The translations under genes and the position numbers were made by a program. Source: Flectonema sp. DT1601 (taxonomy: Eukaryota). From it: a stretch of 64,000 nucleotides of DNA. The DNA lies in the NCBI GenBank assembly GCA_964019425.1, contig OZ025786.1, forward strand, positions 868,001-932,000. Direction: 5' to 3'. Shown here in pieces: positions 23,476-34,365 of the stretch. Numbering within the stretch: position 1 is the first letter of the stretch; every line of letters starts with the position of its first letter. The notes beneath the pieces were generated by a model. It made no database searches. It was not told where the DNA came from and saw only the letters and a program-made list of their open reading frames with translations.

Positions 23476-23972
23476 TTTTTTTTTTTTTTTTTTGACCCGT
23501 TTCTGTAGTTAATGAGAATAGCAATAGCAGTAGACTAGAATTAATCAACAGAATGGTGATGCTTAACATGTAATTCTCTCATCATTGAAGAAATGTGTAG
23601 TCCGTCATCTGTGAAGGGAATAAATTTATTGACAACAACCAACTTCTAATAAAATGAATCTTATTTTCGGTACTTAAAGTTATCATTGCTTTATTGCAAT
23701 GCGAAAGAGTTTTTTTTTTCTTTTTTTTTTTTTTTTTTTTTCCAACAAAAATAATAATATAAAAAAAAAAACAGAGCAGGCAGTGAGTATTTGCTTCTGA
23801 ATTAGAATCTCTCTCCCAATTTTTTTTTTTTTTTAATAGATTTTTGTTGTTGTTGTTGCTGATTAGAATACCGACGATGTACTACTCACGATATAAATTC
23901 AGCAGTCTCCTACTGTAATAAGTTACGACAGGACAAACACGTCTAAGTCTGATCTGAGAGACGGCAGCTATA

Positions 23973-25406
23973 TTATGGATTTTTAATATTTGTTTGCAGC
24001 ACTCCAGGCATCGGAATACCAAATTGCCGATGCGCAAAAGACAATTTTGAGGTGTAATTTTTTGTCATTTCCAAAGCTCTGTTAGTGATCCCCATGTGAC
24101 GTTGGAATTTTTCAATTTTTATTTTTTTATAATCCGCCGGATTGCGAGTATTAGAAAATCCGTATTTGGTACTCGCAGCAGTTGGCATTTGAGTTGGGAA
24201 ATGACCCTGCTCAGTATGTACAGCAGCAACGTTTTCACAACCATCCGGAAGAACTGACTCACTTACAGTACCAAAGAGGAAATTAGTCGGTTTCACACTA
24301 GGAACTTGAAGAGTTCTTGCCATGTACAATAACCTGTCATCAGTGCCGACCATCACGCTATTTTTGGGAAAACTTTTAATATTAATTGTTTCTAAAGACA
24401 TTACACTAACATTAGGAGAAGCCTCACTGTCAATAATAAAATCATGAGAACCACTGCTGTGTAGCAGAGTAACTGAAACAGATTTCGAGGTACAGAATTC
24501 TTGCAGTGCTTCAACTAACTTTTGTACATTCTTATGTGGTGTCCAGTGATTCATGTTGCAGCACAGAGGGAGTAATTCAGTCATGTCTATGAGAAAAACA
24601 GTATCCTTAGTAACAAGACCATCCCAGGGTTTTGCTAGCTGAGCTGCTCTCGTAGCCTTTGCAAGAAGATTAGCTCGGTGACCATTTGGTAGTTCAGCAT
24701 GAGCTTCCAGGTAGTCAACACATTTTTCAGGATCACTTTCATATAAGCAATGAGCGTATATAAGCATGGCTGTTTCTCTTTCTCCATCAGATAAATTGCT
24801 TCCGTGATCTCGTAAGGCAGACTGAACAACATCAGTAGTACGTTTGTAGTGACCTCCTTGAAGGAGATGATGAGATAATCTGACTAAGATCGGACCAGTT
24901 TTATCAACATTGTCGTTTAATCGATTTGCTTCAGAGAGAAGTATTATTGAGATTCCATTATTCTGAACAGAGGCAGCCTGTCTAATGAGAACTCGAGCCA
25001 TGTTGAATTTGCTTTGTTCTGCTTTCATATCACGAACTGCTTCCAAGATTAATGGTGTTAGTTTAGTACCTTTTGGTAGTGTTATCCGAGTGGTCATTAG
25101 TTCATCAAGCAGTTCTTGCATTGGTAAGAATCGAGTATGACTCGTTTCATCTAATATCTCAAAGCAGAGATAGTCTCTGTAGGGATTCCCTCCTAGGTTT
25201 AATTTCGCATCTCTCACATCTTCTCTCGTAGGTTCAGTGTCTTCCAATCCTTCAATTCTTTCTTTAAAAACTTTCGCCTCGCGTCTTCTGAATGCCATTT
25301 TCATTTTTGGAGTATCACCAGGATTCAGACCACCCGTGAATCTTGTAGCACCCTGTCCGGTGTTGGTGGGCTGCCTACCCTTTAGCATACATATGGTTCT
25401 CCTCAT
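23973..25406 (-). CDS. Hypothetical protein, probably mitochondrial (start MRRTICMLK)
   Basis: Long ORF with a short Arg-rich presequence-like N terminus; the upstream part of the ORF call is low-complexity. Confidence 0.65.
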   Translation of the reverse strand: MRRTICMLKGRQPTNTGQGATRFTGGLNPGDTPKMKMAFRRREAKVFKERIEGLEDTEPTREDVRDAKLNLGGNPYRDYLCFEILDETSHTRFLPMQELLDELMTTRITLPKGTKLTPLILEAVRDMKAEQSKFNMARVLIRQAASVQNNGISIILLSEANRLNDNVDKTGPILVRLSHHLLQGGHYKRTTDVVQSALRDHGSNLSDGERETAMLIYAHCLYESDPEKCVDYLEAHAELPNGHRANLLAKATRAAQLAKPWDGLVTKDTVFLIDMTELLPLCCNMNHWTPHKNVQKLVEALQEFCTSKSVSVTLLHSSGSHDFIIDSEASPNVSVMSLETINIKSFPKNSVMVGTDDRLLYMARTLQVPSVKPTNFLFGTVSESVLPDGCENVAAVHTEQGHFPTQMPTAASTKYGFSNTRNPADYKKIKIEKFQRHMGITNRALEMTKNYTSKLSFAHRQFGIPMPGVLQTNIKNP

Positions 25407-26188
25407 TGTTTGTCTTTCCCTTGAAAGTTGAAATAATAATAAAAAGATAACATTTTTTTTTATTATAACATGAATTTTTATGAAGTTTTTCCCATTTTTT
25501 TTTTTTTTGAAAAACGAGAATTGACAAAGACTCAACACATTAAAACACAATAATAGAATACCAAAAGGTTGTGTAAATCACAGCTGCCCAACTCCAGCTG
25601 TTTGAACACCTGAATTGATGTTTGAGTAATAGTAGATCCGTATCATGTAGATACTAGGCTTGAAAGCCAACCACCAGCTGCTGGTGCATTAAAGTCTCTG
25701 CATCCACCTGCCCCATAACTCAGTGTTGATATATCGGGTTTTCGCAACGGTTGACAGTATCCTCTCGCAAAGCATTTCGTTTTCTTGCAGTCGTGCCAGT
25801 GAGCCTGACATTTAGCTCCTTCATTTTCAAAACATATGCGACCTCCAGTCTCGCTAAGACCACTGCTTACTTCTGAATGAAGCATTGTGTGTTCCTGAAG
25901 ATGAAATATAAACAAACCGTGAGTGAGTTAGAAAGTCATGAAGAGCTTCCAACTGACATCCGTTTGTGTTGTCTGCTTATAACAAAAAGGGTGTTGTGTA
26001 CTTATGCAGTAATAATATTTGTTAAATCAGGTTACTGAAATCACAGAAGTGTTACAGCATTGCAAAGCAAGAGAGAATAAACATAAATCAGCGCAGGAAT
26101 ACAATTAGAGTAGACTGAGTCCCTTGAAAGGGTCAGACTATCAATCTCAGACCGCAGTCTTTGGGAGAATAATTTATATCACAACTAA

Positions 26189-27169
26189 CTAATAAATACC
26201 CTGATATGTCCGATTTGGTCTCCCAGGAACCGGAGGTGCTGGCGGCCGAACGTTGTATTGGTTAGGTGGGGGTCCTTGACCCATCATTGGTTCTAATAAA
26301 GGAAGCCTTCCCTTTATAGTCACGCCCACTTTACTTTTTGACAAGGAGTGGACATCAGGGTTATATGATCCAGGACCAGGTTCGTCGAGGGGTTTACCAG
26401 ATTTCCATTTACCTCCAAGGCTAAAGCCTGGGGTTATTGTTGACGTTACAGGTTCTGTAGAATAAGCTCCTGGTCCTGGTGTCGTACAAACAGGTTGATC
26501 ATGTTTTCTAGAAAGCGTCGATCGATTACCACCAAAACTGAAACCCGCTCCAGGTGATGCAAAGCAACCTGGTAAATTATAAGTACCTGGAGCTGGTGCT
26601 CTGCTAGATACTTTCAAAGGCAATTTCGGTGAAAGCGACGTACCCCTCGGAATCCCTCCCTTTGTCTCACACGGAGAGTATGCACCAGGACCAGGAACAG
26701 AGTATCTTCTGTAGTTTATTTTTGGAAGAGCATTCTTAAACTTTGGGCTCACCGTATTCCTAACTGGAGATATGTTATACGCACCAGGTCCAGGTGTCCT
26801 TGTTGCCTGGTCAGACACATAGTGACGAGAGCTCAGAGATATTGCGGGTGACGTCTCCATGGTACTCAAAGCACAAGTAAAAGGTTGAATAGCTGGTACC
26901 CCTGGTGGTGGTACTGGTTGTTTTGATCTGTTGACTCTACGTGGTTTTTTTATTAAATTTGTTTCTTCATTTTCTTTTAACGGAGGTGACGGAGCTGCGC
27001 TTATCTTCTGAACACCACCAACAGCAGAGGAAGACTCAGTAACTGCTGACTCTTCTACCGCGTCTGTAGGAACTGCCTTTGGAGTTCCCACATCAGTCCC
27101 TGTTTGGTAAGACTCGCTAGCAGATTCACTTCGAGGAGCCTCACTCTCCGATGGTGTTAATTCGCTCAT
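26189..27169 (-). CDS. SHIPPO/ODF3-like PGPGAY-repeat flagellar protein
   Basis: Multiple PGPGAY/PGPGSY/PAPGTY repeats. Confidence 0.85.
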   Translation of the reverse strand: MSELTPSESEAPRSESASESYQTGTDVGTPKAVPTDAVEESAVTESSSAVGGVQKISAAPSPPLKENEETNLIKKPRRVNRSKQPVPPPGVPAIQPFTCALSTMETSPAISLSSRHYVSDQATRTPGPGAYNISPVRNTVSPKFKNALPKINYRRYSVPGPGAYSPCETKGGIPRGTSLSPKLPLKVSSRAPAPGTYNLPGCFASPGAGFSFGGNRSTLSRKHDQPVCTTPGPGAYSTEPVTSTITPGFSLGGKWKSGKPLDEPGPGSYNPDVHSLSKSKVGVTIKGRLPLLEPMMGQGPPPNQYNVRPPAPPVPGRPNRTYQGIY

Positions 27170-27413
27170 CGATGTGTAATACCTGACAAGTACATAGCAT
27201 AATAACAGATGAAAGATAAGTGTAAAAAAAATACATCCGATCAGCTGAGTTGAGAATTACAGATGACTCAAATGCTGTTTCCAAACAATTCCATAAAACG
27301 TTAAAAAGTCTTTCACAAAGTGTGATGTGTAAATGATTTCAATATGAGGGAAATTGGGTGTCAAAAAGTTAATATTAAAAAAGAATAAGACCAGAGAAAA
27401 AGACAACTTAAAA

Positions 27414-28448
27414 TTAGAAAAGATCATCAGCAAAGTCAGCAATCGATACACTCGATACTCGTCTGTCAGAAACAATATTGGATCTACACGATCGAGTGAC
27501 ACTTTCTCTTGCTTTTCCTCTGCCATCAGCATATGGACCAAGTCTGAGAACCCAGTTCGGTAAAGTATGAATTCTTCTTTTTGGTAAACAAGTTGGTTGA
27601 TTTGATGAAACAACATCAGCAACTGGTTTATGTCGCAACAGAGAGACCGATTGAATTCGAGATACTCGCCGCTGACGTAACTCAGATGAGAACAGTGATT
27701 CGATCAGACTCCTATCACTAACCTCATCACTCAATACAGACTTCACAACACTAACACGAGATGTAATTAAATTCTTACCGTAGATAATAATCTTCTCAAC
27801 AGAGTAATTCCTATGTAATTCCCTAAGCGTTCCTAGCTGAAGCATTCCTCGTTCAACTCTCAAGTATAATTCTTCAGCAAAGAGAAGTTGATATTTCATT
27901 AACATTCTACGATGTCGGAGCTCCAAACAATGAATTTGTTTAACAGCAACCGTATCAACGACATACCAGTTATCAACAGGTGGATATAATAAAGGTGTTT
28001 GTGGTGTTGGTGGTGTTGGAGTAACTGTTGGTGTCGCTGATTGCATGAAGGGAATTCGAAATGAAATTTCAAGTAAGCGTTTCTCTCGTAGTTGCTGTAT
28101 CTTTATAACATGAAAACCATTTAAATAAAAACCAACCAGTTCGTAAAGATTAACAATATGACTTCTGGATGTTTCCTCAACCATCGCTGTTGATGTTAAT
28201 TTGTTTGATTCTTTTGGTGGATTTTTCATTTCATTCATATGTCCCCTTCGGATTCTCACTAAACTTTTATTCCTTTCACATAATATTTTGCCTGCTGTTA
28301 GTAACGCAGATCGTGATATGCAACCGCTTTCCATTTCTTGTTGTCCAATAATTGAATTCCTACGACTAGTCTCTCTGTATGATATTGAGATCAGCGAAGA
28401 CGGAATGCCAAGTCTGTGTGATGAGGTGTACGGTATGTATCCATCCAT
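27414..28448 (-). CDS. Hypothetical protein
   Basis: 344-aa ORF on the gene-bearing strand. Confidence 0.55.
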   Translation of the reverse strand: MDGYIPYTSSHRLGIPSSLISISYRETSRRNSIIGQQEMESGCISRSALLTAGKILCERNKSLVRIRRGHMNEMKNPPKESNKLTSTAMVEETSRSHIVNLYELVGFYLNGFHVIKIQQLREKRLLEISFRIPFMQSATPTVTPTPPTPQTPLLYPPVDNWYVVDTVAVKQIHCLELRHRRMLMKYQLLFAEELYLRVERGMLQLGTLRELHRNYSVEKIIIYGKNLITSRVSVVKSVLSDEVSDRSLIESLFSSELRQRRVSRIQSVSLLRHKPVADVVSSNQPTCLPKRRIHTLPNWVLRLGPYADGRGKARESVTRSCRSNIVSDRRVSSVSIADFADDLF

Positions 28449-28630
28449 TGTTATTGGTGTTGCTGTTCTTTTTAAAAAAAATACTTGACAAAAAAAAGAC
28501 TAAGAAATCGGCCAACTTCACTTTACTTTCGTACTACTCCCTTGTTTTGTTTGCAAGCCACTCACTTGCAGAGATCGTTGTTCCAGAAGGTTCACAATGA
28601 TACCCAGTAGCAGTCATTTTGTTTGTATAA

Positions 28631-28745
28631 TGTACGCAACCGGTATAAAATTCTAATAAAGTAATATGTGTTACGCTGCCACAATTCTCTTCTTTCTACC
28701 GAACAATGGGGTTTGTAGGTACAAAAAAAAAAAAAAAAAACTAAA
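28631..28745 (+). repeat. Dispersed repeat family Y (A-tailed), copy 2
   Basis: Similar to 19684-19780; ends in an A18 run. Confidence 0.75.
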
Positions 28746-28967
28746 TATAATCTAAAATACAACAGAAGTAATCCTTAAACAGGATTACCTTAATAGGTTT
28801 CATAGGTTTTGAGTTGAAAATGTGTATAAAATAGTGCACCAAATCAAATAATTGAATTCTGCTATTCCATTTGGTATTAAATGGAATACGTAGTTTCAGG
28901 TGCCTTAATCTTACAATACTTTATCAGTGAGTTCTGAAATTTTACTTCAGTTGTTTTGAAAGGATTG

Positions 28968-29516
28968 CTAAGCGTTGGCTTGCATGCGGCGAAAACGACG
29001 TTCTCGTCTTCGTTTATCGCGTTCGGACTTTGCAGCGAGAAGTTGAGAGTGAATAGCAGTCAGTGATTCAACTTCTTGTCTCATCTGAATTTCATTATCG
29101 AAAGCAATGTTGACATCCTCGCAGAGGTTTCTCCTCGCCTCTTGTAACTGATTGTGAAGAGTCTCACTCCTCAGTCTAGAAAACTCTCCTTCATTTATCA
29201 GATTCGAATTTAACTTCTCCACCTGCCGCACATTATCTTCGAGCCACTTCCTCTCTTGTACAACAGAGTCAAGTTCTGCAGAGGCTCTGGTGGCTCTTTT
29301 TTTAAGTTCTTCGTGTAGGGTAGGAGCTGGTTCTACGATTGGTTTAAGGATACTTTCAACATATTTCTTAACTTCTTCAGAGTTGTAAATATCAAGTCCA
29401 GGAGGTACGTTATTCAAATCACCTCTGTGAGGAACACCGGGTATTTCTTGGAGAAACACATCACCGCTTTGACGTAAAGAATTCACAACGTTCTGTGAGA
29501 TAGGTGATTGCATCAC
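28968..29516 (-). CDS. Coiled-coil hypothetical protein
   Basis: 182-aa ORF rich in heptad repeats. Confidence 0.65.
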   Translation of the reverse strand: MMQSPISQNVVNSLRQSGDVFLQEIPGVPHRGDLNNVPPGLDIYNSEEVKKYVESILKPIVEPAPTLHEELKKRATRASAELDSVVQERKWLEDNVRQVEKLNSNLINEGEFSRLRSETLHNQLQEARRNLCEDVNIAFDNEIQMRQEVESLTAIHSQLLAAKSERDKRRRERRFRRMQANA

Positions 29517-30254
29517 CTCTCTCTCTTTTTTTTTTTTTTTTTTCTTTTTTTTTTCCCCTTCCTTCCCTCCTGTTGTAGTAAGATACCATTATAATAATAC
29601 ACACGGATGACTATTACTCGAAATCTTTTTTTATAAAAAAATTAAAAAAAAGAATCGATCAATCTTCACTTATTACTTTTCTGCTCACATTTTTTGCGCC
29701 ACCAATTCAACGAACAAGTTTTGTAGATACAACAAAATAAATAAATAAATAAATAGAAAATCATTTTCCTGTTGTAAGAAACTGCAAATAAAAACAAGTC
29801 AGAACAGAATTCGTCCCCTAGATGTGCACCAGGCATTCAAAAAAACAGTGGTTTACTAAAATAATATATTACAACAAATTTTTGCAAAGTACAACTTACC
29901 ACCTCTATAAAAAAATATTAGAAAAAGTGAAGACTTCTTTTTCTAATCATTTTTTTTTTTTTTTTTTGGTGGTAAGCTTTTTCCTTTACTTGCCAAAAAG
30001 AGAAAAAAAAAAAGAAATAATAATCATAAATAAATAAGTACAGCATGATCATAACAGAGAGAAACAAAGTGCTGCATAACTCGATACGGATAACGAACTA
30101 GGACGCAATAATAACCTACGAGATAAGACAGACAAGGATGTAATTTGTTCACTATCAATATTTGAAAGAACAGAGTCGAGCGTGAGACAAGTGTCAGAAA
30201 AGTCCAACACAGTTACTTCTTTTGATTCTTTTGAACGCTTTCACGAGCAGCGGC

Positions 30255-30440
30255 GAGTGGATGAAACAGGTCAACCGAGCGATAGCGCACACCCTTGAGG
30301 TGGTGCAAGCCCGCAAGAGTATCTGCCCTATCAGCTTTTGACGGTAGTGTAGTGGACTACCGTGGCTGTAACGGGTAACGGGGAATTAGGGTTCGATTCC
30401 GGAGAGGGAGCCTGAGAAACGGCTACCACATCTAAGGATG
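30255..30440 (+). pseudogene. Isolated eukaryotic 18S rRNA fragment (5' domain)
   Basis: 30321-30440 contains ctgccctatcagct...gacggtagtgtagtggactacc...ttagggttcgattccggagagggagcctgagaaacggctaccacatctaagg, a universal 18S stretch; it stops abruptly; 5' boundary approximate. Confidence 0.92.
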
Positions 30441-30503
30441 TTAATAGCTGCAATGACAACCCTCAGCTAAGGTGATAACAAAAACTAAGACACAAAACAA
30501 TTA

Positions 30504-30597
30504 CTGCGAGACAGAGAAGACACGCGGAGTACCCGAAGTGCTGGAAGATCTTTCCGATTGGCACAACAACAACGGCTGCGAGACAGAGAAGACACGC
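30504..30597. repeat. 22-bp direct repeat ctgcgagacagagaagacacgc (30504-30525, 30576-30597)
   Basis: Exact duplication visible in the sequence. Confidence 0.85.
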
Positions 30598-30705
30598 AAG
30601 TTATTTTTATATTTTAAAACAAGACCAAATTAAAACGTACAATCACACTAACAACACTCCTGTTTGTCACATAAGAAAACAATAAAAAATGAATTCCAAT
30701 CAAAA

Positions 30706-32112
30706 CTACAGCTTCCCGGGAGGGAAGAACCATCCAGAAGCCCCACCAGGACTCGCCAAGGAAGGCTGGCTGAACTGCGAAGAGAGATATGGCGGCGACG
30801 CAAGTGCTGTGAACGAAGGCTGTGGAGCAGAAAAGACACGCGAAGCATTACCACCCCTAGTAGACTTTTTGTTTGGAGTCTCATACAACAGTGGTGGTGG
30901 GGAGAGGTCATCCAAATCAGGTGGCTGTCGAGTTGGTTGTTCAGTAAACGGTGCGATCTTCTCACGAATGACATCAGTGCGGTAGTCCAGGATGTCAGCA
31001 GCAAAGTCATTTGAGAATGCTGACTTTTGTTTTTCGAACAACTGTCTTCGAAGAGAATCAGCATTATCTTTCTTCTTACGAAGTTTCTCTTGTAGGATAG
31101 CAATCACGTGAGCCTGTTGTCGATAATACTGTCGCACTTCTAACGAGTCTTCCTCCTCCTCAGGAATGGGTGCAAGTTGTGATGCAGATACATTTGTAGA
31201 AATACTTACCGATCTTTTAACACTTTCACGACGAAGAATCTTTCGAAAATTTTCATTTTCCTGCTCCAATTGAAGAATCTGATGTCTTCTCTCCGCCTCG
31301 TTCTCTGCCTCATCAATACATCGATGTTCTACTTCTCTCATCTCTCGTCTGATATTTCTCATTTCTAACTTTGCTAGTTTACTGTCTTCTTGTTCTCGGT
31401 AGTTATCTTTTGCTTTGAGAGATTCACCAAAACCAGTTTCTATTTCATCAGACCAATTTAACAACCAAGAGAGATCCATAACAACTGAAGGTCTGTTGTT
31501 ATCTTCACCTGTTAATATATCAAATAATGCTTTTGGATCATCGCTAAAAGCTGTTATTATATCACGTGAAGGTGACAATAAGAAAGGAACGTATCTTGGC
31601 GTGTCGTCTCCGTGAGCTTCGAAAAACCTATCTAATTCGGTAGCTAATAAAGTGTACTTTTTTGATTGTCTTTTCATATCTCTAACCCACGATTGTAAGA
31701 AGTTATCAATCTCATGTTTCAATGATGGAAATTTAGAGGGTAGCGTTTTAGCTAATTCCTCTGGGTTATCACTATAACTGTCGATTAGACTTGGTACAGC
31801 CTTTGCTCTTGATTCCATACCATGTCGATTGTAAAAGTCAGACAGTCGCTGTACTACTTTTTGAGTAGCCGGATGTCGATCATTTAAGAAATTATCTGGT
31901 CGAGTTCTCCACTTTTCTTGTAATCGTCTCAACTTTTCACCAAACAAAGGTCCATATTCCATAAAGTCACCTTCCATGAAATGCCTCCGACCGATTCCTT
32001 TCATGTACATATCAGTTACGATTTTAGCAGGCACAGAGTACCTTCTCATTAAGTCTCTGATTGCTGTTGCATCATATCGCTGATCGACTGAACTCACCCC
32101 CCTCATTGTCAT
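30706..32112 (-). CDS. Hypothetical coiled-coil protein
   Basis: 468-aa ORF. Confidence 0.7.
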   Translation of the reverse strand: MTMRGVSSVDQRYDATAIRDLMRRYSVPAKIVTDMYMKGIGRRHFMEGDFMEYGPLFGEKLRRLQEKWRTRPDNFLNDRHPATQKVVQRLSDFYNRHGMESRAKAVPSLIDSYSDNPEELAKTLPSKFPSLKHEIDNFLQSWVRDMKRQSKKYTLLATELDRFFEAHGDDTPRYVPFLLSPSRDIITAFSDDPKALFDILTGEDNNRPSVVMDLSWLLNWSDEIETGFGESLKAKDNYREQEDSKLAKLEMRNIRREMREVEHRCIDEAENEAERRHQILQLEQENENFRKILRRESVKRSVSISTNVSASQLAPIPEEEEDSLEVRQYYRQQAHVIAILQEKLRKKKDNADSLRRQLFEKQKSAFSNDFAADILDYRTDVIREKIAPFTEQPTRQPPDLDDLSPPPLLYETPNKKSTRGGNASRVFSAPQPSFTALASPPYLSSQFSQPSLASPGGASGWFFPPGKL

Positions 32113-32924
32113 TTATTTACCGCATCTGTGAGAATTGGAATTATTTTTAATAAGTCTGTTTAAGAATATTATTTTGTTCCCTCTCTCTGCGTCTACAATA
32201 GTTGTCTATGAAAATGAATCACTGTTGATGGAGGAAAGGGGAAAAAAATAAATAAATAAAAAATTCTTTATCTCGGGGGTCAAAGTAATTATATTAACGC
32301 ACGGAATGTTTTGTATTTTTCACTCGTAAAACCAAGAAACAATAACAACAAAATAAAAAAAAGGAGGAAGGGGGGGAAAATTAGAATTTAAAAAAAAAAA
32401 GAATTTTTTTTAAATTTACGTTTTTTTTCTTTTTTTTTAAAGTTCTTGATGTTGTTTTTTATATTAAGACTCTTATCCCTCACCCTCCTCCTACTCCCCA
32501 GGCGGGCGCAATAATTTTGCGGGGATTGAAACAGCAGCTAGTTGGTGAAGCAAAGCTGGCATCCCTCATGGAATACGATTATGATAGTAATTTCAATGTG
32601 AGGGCAATGTATTGTTTATATAGAAAGCACTGCTAACAGAGAAAAGAACACGTCATAAGAGAGAAAAGCATTTGCCAAACAGAGAAAAAGAATCAGAGGG
32701 GAAAATAAAATAAAATAAAATAAAACACACAGGGAGCCAAACAACAAGCTCTTCCAATACGTCAACATAACGTGGTGTCCCTTAAGGATAACATGTAAGA
32801 TATTATTAATCTTACAGACTGACTTCAATAAGTCGCCTAAGGATAGTAGCTGATGTCACTCAGTTAGAGTTTTGTCAGCATGAAGACAATAAATAAAACA
32901 AAAATACTCAAATAAACAACACAA

Positions 32925-34112
32925 CTATTTACTCTTACATCTGTAAACAGCAGTTCTGTTTACCATACGTAATTGATGTGAGACTAATTCTCCAGATGGG
33001 GTTTTTAAGTTTGGTGACCAGACAAGAGGTGAGGCAGGGGCACCGTTTGAAAGGCTGAGTTCTGATCCCAAGATCACTTCCTCATCAGGAAGTTCTCCCT
33101 CAAAAGTCCAAGTGTAAGAAAAGATTTCGTGATCTTGCATGGCAGCACCACATGCACCTCCTCCACAGCATCCGTCCTTCATTGTAAATCCTTCACACAT
33201 CCAACCAGTGTTCTTTGATACGGAAGTACCAACAGGGACGTTCATGAAATTCCATTCCTTGTCCTCAGTGTCCCAGTACTCAACCCAGTTGTGGTTGTTT
33301 AAGTAAAGACCTCCAAAAGGACCATTTGGCTGAACACCTCCTGTCCAGCAGTTAGTGACGTTCTTATTATCTCCAACAAGACCCTTGAAGTCACCTCCAT
33401 TCCAACATGGTGAACCAGTTACTCTTGCTGGGATACCAAGTGATCTGAGGATGTCAACAAAAAGCGTTGCCCAAGCAGTACATGATCCGTATCCGTAGGC
33501 AACAAAGTCGAATGGGGATGCCACTGGAGGAGAGGTACTTGAATGCCAAAGCACGGTGTATTCATCACTTCTTGAAGGAATACCTGGAGGCTGATGTGCA
33601 GTCCAGTTTGTGAAATGAGTTTCAGCGAGAGCCTGAATAGCCGCCCATGTTGAAGTGATGTTCATATCTGCCACTGCAGCAGCGTACTTAGAAAATAAAA
33701 GAGGTCTCCAGTTCGATACCGCCTCCATCGTTGACGAGTGCGGTAAGATGTATGACATCCTGAGAGCGAGTGACATCTCACTTGAGTATCCAGTCACTTT
33801 GTCAGCCATCATTGCGAAAATGATTGAGTCGTCAAGCATACTGTCACCCTGAACAGAAACAGCTCCAGGTAGGTAGAAAGCATCCTTCTTAGGCATGTGC
33901 TGAAGAGTCCAGTTCTTTGCTTCACAGTACGACAACTCACCAGCAACTGGTTTGTATGTACTTTTACAAGTGTTTGCAGTGCATTCACAAAGAACTTTTT
34001 GTGCCATGGCCCAGTCAGGGTATTGAAACTGATCTGTTCCAAAATCCTTCAGCCAATCCTGCCAGTTACCAGCCGATACGGCTGTAGTCGCTATCAAAGC
34101 GATTGTATTCAT
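32925..34112 (-). CDS. Secreted transglutaminase-like superfamily protein (start MNTIALIA)
   Basis: GYGSCTAWATLFVDILRSLGIPARV (catalytic Cys), NHNWVEYWD (His); signal peptide. Confidence 0.85.
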   Translation of the reverse strand: MNTIALIATTAVSAGNWQDWLKDFGTDQFQYPDWAMAQKVLCECTANTCKSTYKPVAGELSYCEAKNWTLQHMPKKDAFYLPGAVSVQGDSMLDDSIIFAMMADKVTGYSSEMSLALRMSYILPHSSTMEAVSNWRPLLFSKYAAAVADMNITSTWAAIQALAETHFTNWTAHQPPGIPSRSDEYTVLWHSSTSPPVASPFDFVAYGYGSCTAWATLFVDILRSLGIPARVTGSPCWNGGDFKGLVGDNKNVTNCWTGGVQPNGPFGGLYLNNHNWVEYWDTEDKEWNFMNVPVGTSVSKNTGWMCEGFTMKDGCCGGGACGAAMQDHEIFSYTWTFEGELPDEEVILGSELSLSNGAPASPLVWSPNLKTPSGELVSHQLRMVNRTAVYRCKSK

Positions 34113-34184
34113 TATGTAAAGTGTTGCCTGATGAGTGATGATTAATTTATAAACAACCTTGACAAATCCGTGCTCGGTAATATT

Positions 34185-34217
<33 letters not shown>

Positions 34218-34365
34218 TGTCTGGGAAAGGGGAAAAGAAATAGACCTTACAGAGACCTTCTTAGTCTTACCTGTCAAGCATACAGATGGTTATGGAGAAT
34301 AAGATGGTCAACTATTTATTTAAAAATCTAAGAGAACACAAACAAAAAAAGAAATAATAAATCAT

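Noticed and set aside
30255..30440. Functional rRNA gene
   Set aside because: Only a short fragment; the rest of the 18S and the operon are absent
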